Shown: positions 57,701 through 64,000 of the stretch, one piece after another
Numbering within the stretch: position 1 is the stretch's first letter
Layout: each line of letters starts with the position of its first letter
DNA from: Octopus vulgaris
Taxonomy: Eukaryota
Direction: 5' to 3'
Assembly: GCA_951406725.2 (NCBI GenBank)
Contig: OX597824.1
Location: 49,290,001 to 49,354,000 of the forward strand
DNA: 64,000 bases
The notes under the pieces: generated by a model
Databases searched by the model: none
What the model saw: the letters and a program-made list of their open reading frames with translations, nothing else
What the model was told of the DNA's origin: nothing
Translations under genes and position numbers: made by a program

Positions 57701-58059
57701 CATTGCTATGCTAACAATTGTGTACCTGGTCAGATATTCAAGTATGTTTTATAACAGACAGGCTAGACAAAGACTACAACCATACTTGGTTCTGTATATT
57801 CTACTCTCTTGATTGTTCAGACTTTTCAGTCCCTCCTCATTAACCTTTTCCTTCAATTTTTTTTTCCTCATTTTTTGCAAATTAACTTATTCTCTTTTAC
57901 AAGTTGGAGCTTTGTCATTTTACAACTGATGTTAATGTATCCACAGATAATATTTGTGAATCATGTCAAAGGCTGGCAAAAGGTTTTCAGATTTTAAAAC
58001 AACTTGAAGATACTGATGGAGGTAGAGAAGAAAGGTTGAACTGAATAACTGAATCTTAT

Positions 58060-59490
58060 TCACTGATTTTTGCCCTTTTTGCCATGCTTTCCTCACTTTC
58101 ATCTGCAGGAGTTTTCAATAAAAGTCTGTCCAATGAGGTCTGTTTCATCCTCCCTTTCATAATGTTTCTGAAATGAGTTAGGCAAGTGTCATTAAATAGT
58201 ACCATCACATGCTCAGTTGCAACTTTTTCTGGATGTTTCTTTCAAAGAAAGTCAAAGATTCTCCCACATTCCCAACATTTCCCTTGTCACTCTTTAGAGA
58301 TAACCTCCTCCATGTCACTTATTTACTGCAAAACCTCCGTGTGCTACTGTGTCTGTAGCTCCTTTAACTCCTCCATTGTCTGTTCCTTGGAGTGCTCCTC
58401 GATGAGCTTGTTGATATCACCATCCATGGACTTGCCGAGGGATACAATCTCCTCCACCACTGCTGCTTCAGGTTTGAATCTTTGAAAGTCCGTTTCAAAC
58501 CTCAGGCCACAAGCTTCTTCCACGCAGAGGTCAAGGTCCTCTTTGTAACACCTTGCTACGCCATATCGATAATTCTGAGACATATCACAATGTTATAGTT
58601 GTCCTTCCAGAACTATCGAAGGGTAAGGTTTGTGCTCTCCATCACCCCAAAGCAGCGGCAGAATAGGTGCTTGGTGAAGAGCTTATAGAAATTAGAAATT
58701 ACCTGCTGGTCCATGGGCTGCAGGATAGGGATGGTGTTAGGTGGAAGATAGAGAACCGTTATAAACTTGAACAACTCACCTGATTTCTCATCCGTACAAG
58801 TGCCTGGGGTCTGCTCTAGCAAATCAGCGGAAATAGCTCATGCCTTCTTGCAGATTATAACCTCAGTCATGGTATCTCTATCAACAGCTCCATATTTTCA
58901 TGGATAGATGACCACTATTTAGAAAATATTTTAATACCCTTGGCTGGCATTATAGCCTTTATCGACTCTGTCTGCTTCATTATGGTGTAGATCATAGAAG
59001 TACTATGCTCGTACTGCTTTGCCAAGTCAATCTTGGTCATGTTTTTCAATAATTTCTTTCTTTAATTCAATGCACATCATCTGCTTCTTCTCACCACCGT
59101 CCTTCACACTCACTTTATTTGAACTCATGGTTGGGAAAATGAAGTTTTACAAAATAGTTGCGAGCACAACACTGATGCTTCTGTATCCTGCAACTGCTTA
59201 GTAAGCATTTTACCACCCATCTAGCTAATGATCCACTAGTGATTTTCGCACTTGCTAACGCACATGTCTGTCTAGCTAGTGATCAACTAATGATCTTTGC
59301 ACTTGCTAACATGCATGTCAGTCTACCTATTGAGTTAGTTGTTATGGCATTCACTGTGGTGTTTACTATGCCAACTAGCAGTGGGGTATCTGAAGCTGGC
59401 TCGCAACTCAAATAAAAAAAATCGGCTGAGAGATGGCTCATATCTCGAAAAAATTGTTAGTTGGGACACTTGTGAGTCAAGGTACCACTG
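58060..59490 (-). mobile_element. Decayed Tigger/pogo transposon
   Basis: 5' TIR TA-CAGTGGTACCTTGAC, N-terminus KKQMMCIELKKEIIEK, DDE_1 motif YLPPNTIPILQPMDQQVI and C-terminus KQTSLDR. Confidence 0.85.
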
Positions 59491-59922
59491 TAATCACTTT
59501 ACAAACCCCACTTAAGCATGTGACCTTCTGAAGCTGTTCCTCCATTTAGCAATACATTTATCCCCTGAAGCATTGTTGCCTTGCTCATCCTAACTGATAA
59601 TTATAATTAGGTGGTTATCATGAGCACTTGCTAGATGGGAAAACACTAATTAGATATATAATCATGTAACACACATTTAAAGATAATATATGAAGGAGAA
59701 TTGTAACAGCTTTGGTTTTAAGTTTGCAAATTTGTTGGACTCTTTCATAGCTAGAATTAGCATATTTGATTTGACCTACCTCTCTCCTTTCTTCATTTTG
59801 TAATCAGTTGACATGATCCAGAGATGGGCCAAATAAATAGTGAACAAGAGCTAATACTGGGTTGATATCATTGATTAAATCACTTGAAAGCAGAACCCCA
59901 GAATAGCTAAAGGTGTATATAA

Positions 59923-59973
<51 letters not shown>

Positions 59974-59974
59974 C

Positions 59975-60812
59975 ATATACCAAGGGGGGAAACTAGAAGT
60001 AGTTGATAGCTTCCATTTCCTAGGTGACCAAGTCAGTAGCAGGGGTGGATGCTCTGAGAGCGTAGCTGCCAAAATAAGAATAGTAGCCTGGGCAAAGTTC
60101 AGGGAGCTTCTACCTCTGTTGGTAACAAAGGGCCTCTCCCTCAGAGTGAAAGACACTGTATGATGTATGTGCACAAACACTTGTTTCACGGCAGTGAAAT
60201 ATGGGCTGTGACTGCTGATGACATTTGAAAAAAATGAAGCTAGTATGCTCTGCTGGATGTGTAATGTCAGTGTGCATATACAACAGTGTAAGCCATGTAT
60301 TGCATATGGATGAGGACAGCTGTGTGAAAAAGTGTCACACCCTAACAGTGGAAGAGGTAGACCCAGGAAGACGTTGGATGAGGTGAAGCATGACCTTCAA
60401 ATGTTGGGCCTCACAGAGGCAGTGGAAAGCATCCGAGACCCATTGAGATATGCTGTGGTTAAGAAGCAAAATCATGGCTGATGCCAGTGTTGCATAATCT
60501 TCAATCATTGGGCAGTTATACTGTGCTTGAGAAGACCTGTTGAGTTGAATGAAATCATAGTCGTAGCACATAAAAAGCACCACTCAAGTGTGGTTGATGC
60601 CAGTGCCACTTGACTGGCCGCTGTGCCAGTAGCATGTAAAAAGCACCCACTACACTTGCAGAGTGGTTGGCATTAGGAAAGGCATCCAGCTGTAGAAACC
60701 TTGCCAGATCAGATTGTAACCTTATGCAGCCTCGTGGCTTGCCAGTCCTCAGTCAAGCTATCCAACCCATGTCAGCATGGAAAGCGGACATTAAACGATA
60801 TTGATGATGATA
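59975..60812 (+). mobile_element. Decayed RTE LINE 3' fragment, same family as 27011-28455
   Basis: KLEVVDSFHFLGDQVSS..AWAKFRELLPLLVTKGLSLRVK, ending CCCATGTCAGCATGGAAAGCGGACATTAAACGATATTGATGATGA. Confidence 0.85.
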
Positions 60813-62179
60813 TATATATATAATAGATTATTCTATGTTGGTGTAAATTAGGCTTTTTTTTTCTTACAACTTCATAAGGCACATGGCCTCAAATTTGTTG
60901 GGTGGAAGCAGTTAATTATGCAAGTCACCCTGAATCAATATCAGAAAGATTAAAAGCACTTGACTTCAGCATGATTTGAACTTGGAACAAATATAGCTAA
61001 GTGTTTGGTTCAATTCCCTAACAATTCTTCCAGTCCAGAGCATTGGGCTCACAGTCATGAGGTAGTTAGTTCAATTCCTGGACCAGGCAAGAAACTTTAT
61101 TTCGTATTGCTCCAGTTCATTCAGCTGTAGAAATGAGTTGCAACATCACTGTGTTGGCCTTTGCCTTTCCTTTGGATAACATCAGTAGCATGGAGAGGGG
61201 AGACTGGTATGCATGGGCAACTGCTGATCTTCCATAAACAACCTTGCCTGGATTATGCCCTGCAGAGTAACTTTCTAGGTGCAGTCCCATGGTCATCCAT
61301 AACCGAAGGGGTCCTTTACTCTTTATATAATTGTTTCACTTTGCTATAGTCTATGTATGTAATGCTTTAACTATGGAACAAAATTTGATGTAATGAGTGC
61401 TCATGAAAATTCCATTGTTGATTAGTAATCTATAAGATTGCTAGAAATTTACAGACTACCATAAAACATAATTTATAAAATTCTAAGACAATGCTACCAC
61501 CTAATTCATAGTCTTTAGCTACAACCTGAGGAGCCCAAGACATTTGTGTATGTTTGCCTCATGGACAGCAGGAATTGCAAAATCGTCAGATTAGACAAAT
61601 GTCCAATATTAACAAATACAATTTACCTATCACTGACATTGCAGTTATGTTAGTTCAGTTTCACTGAAAGGCATCGGCTAGAGCCTTGGATTGAGTAATT
61701 TGTGAGTGGAACAGAAGTTTGTGTGTGTATCTGTATTTAAATAAGTGTTGTTTTCAAAATGTGTAATTTAGTGAGTTGAGAAATATGTTGATGAAATAAG
61801 TCCTGTTGGGAGGATGAATATGACTAAACTATTGAAATCTGTGCCCCAGCTTGACCTCTGTCAAGAAAACTAGTAGAAAAAGATAAAAATATATTTTAAA
61901 CTCTGGACATAACTATGTTTCTATGAGAGAAATACATGCAAAAAGCGACTCTGTTCATTTCAGCAGTAAGACTACAAAGAGATATTTGCACAAACACTCC
62001 TTAATGGTAGAATTCTCTGTAATGAGACCTTCCTAATTTTGGATATAAAATTTAAATGTTGCAATTGAAGTTACACCTGTAAATGTTCAGTAAATATATT
62101 GAGAATGTATATTTGTGCAATGTCTGTGGAAAGAGCTAAATAGACTTAATGTGTGGCTAGACTGATAATTGGGTTTATT

Positions 62180-62225
<46 letters not shown>

Positions 62226-64000
62226 GTGAATGAAATAGACAAAGTAAATCATATCAAAAGTTTTATTTTTCATTCTCAACCCAAGTGTTTATGTGAGATA
62301 AATGCATGTTTAAAAAATTCACTTCATCAGTAAGATGATAAATGAGATATTTACTCAAAGCAGGCTCATTTATAAACTCTAGTAGTTGCCATAAAGAACA
62401 CTATGTATTATAAATAAATCTGAAGTGTGGGGCATTTTTTTCTTTGTGTGTGTACATTCATTTATTTCACAGATTCTTAATTGTATCTCATGGGTAAGAA
62501 AATCTTTGTATTTTTATTTTGATATACATTCCTTGATTCATTTTTGGGTCATTCTATTTTCAATTTATTTTGACTGAAATTCTCTTCCCAATCACAACTT
62601 CTGGTTTAATCTCACTGTGCAGCACTCAAGGCAAGTGTCTTCTACAATAGCCCTGGGGGCCAACCAAACCCTTGTAAATGCGTTTGGTAGATAGAAACTA
62701 AAAGTCCATTTTGTGTGTTTACATTTACTACTCTATAATAGTTGGCTTGATATGAGCAGTTATTGTTGTCACTGCTCTTTCAAGAAATGATCTTCTTGCT
62801 TCCTACATTCAAAAGATACATGAAATAAGAAATTATTTGAAAAATGAGTAATTCCTCTATAACATTTGTCTAACCCATGCTAGCATGGAAAAACAACTGA
62901 AAATGAACAGTACCATTATTTATTCATATATTAGCACATACATTATATGAAATTTTTTATAGCTTTTTTTATATTTTCAATTTGGAACAAGTATACAGAA
63001 ATCTGAGTGGGTCATGTATTTTCTCTAAGTGTTACATTTCTATGTATACATATTGTATAGATGTTGATGGTTAAGTTAAAATTTTGTATTTGATTGGGGC
63101 TACTGATGATGTTTTTAATTAATTTTCCATGGCAATGCTGTCCTGGCCATTATTTCAGTTTGCATTATTTCAAAATCCTAAATTTACTTTTAATAAACTA
63201 AGTATATTGGAATTTAAGTAAAGAATTAGTAGTTTATGGCTTACAGGAAATGGCTTTGTTATCCTAAACAAAACTAATTTGGGGGTTTTGTTGAATCAAG
63301 GTAGTAAAATTTGCTGAAGATTTTTGGCCATCAGACTTTGACAAATGTAATGATATGAACCAGATTAATGATCTTAGGTTTCAATACTATATTAGTAGAA
63401 TTTAGAAATAACAGAAGTGCTACTATTTGTAGAGGGGGAGAGAAACAGGCATACCCTTCCCATCTTGGAAGATTCTTTTTTTTTTTTTTTTCATTCTAAG
63501 ACTGACAGATATTTTAGTAGTTATTGTTAGTGATATGTAGACTTATTACAAAGTGAATAGCAGTACATTTAAGATGGCTGTGGAATGGCTTGACAAAAGT
63601 AGTGAGACCCAGTTGAGGAAATCTCCAATGGAAAATGGCTTTTTTAATGAGGTCATTGCCTCAATGTTGTGTGGAACTTTTTTCTTCTTCTTTCTTATTT
63701 CTTACAGCTGACTACAGGCATTCAGAATGAGGTCTTTTTTTTCATCTGCAATACGAAGCAGCTCATTCCTTCACTGGTAATAGGAGGAAAATTGAATAAT
63801 GCTTAAAGCCACACCCTTTGAAAATTTAGAATAATTAACAACCATCGTTAATGTAATGATCAATGTTTAAGTTGAAACCTTTTTTAAAAAAACAGATGGG
63901 TTCATTTTGAAGATGTTATGGTGTTAGATTGATCAGTAGAACAAACAACTTATCTGAAGCTCTCTTAAAGCTTGTGAAATTTTCAGTTTTTAATGTAAGA

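Overview
AT-rich, repeat-dense animal genomic DNA, most likely a coleoid cephalopod such as Octopus (inferred from the SINE, RTE and Penelope repertoire and the microsatellite load). It is not prokaryotic. The only host gene I can support is a ZFAND3-like A20/AN1 zinc-finger gene on the + strand. Exon 1 (36660-36712) and exon 2 (40798-40838) splice to [31 protein letters not shown], and intron 2 appears to run past the window end. A divergent minus-strand transcript may start near 33.4 kb. The rest is nested mobile DNA: a full-length mariner; an inverted Penelope-like element (PLE) pair whose poly-Asn (AAT)n linker was hit by an R4/Dong-type LINE; Gypsy, RTE, CR1, maT, Tigger, hAT and Helitron relics; three tRNA-headed SINE families; a 218-bp hairpin; and a 4.9-kb (TA)n/GTACATTT satellite ending at a 100-N gap. 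The most interesting signal is about eight hammerhead-ribozyme-like motifs between 3.8 and 31.5 kb. Some lie in PLE pseudo-LTRs. Others lie in ~200-bp non-coding mini-elements sitting in TA repeats, and two independent copies of these share a non-canonical CUGUUGA core. All calls were made by eye and boundaries of decayed repeats are approximate.
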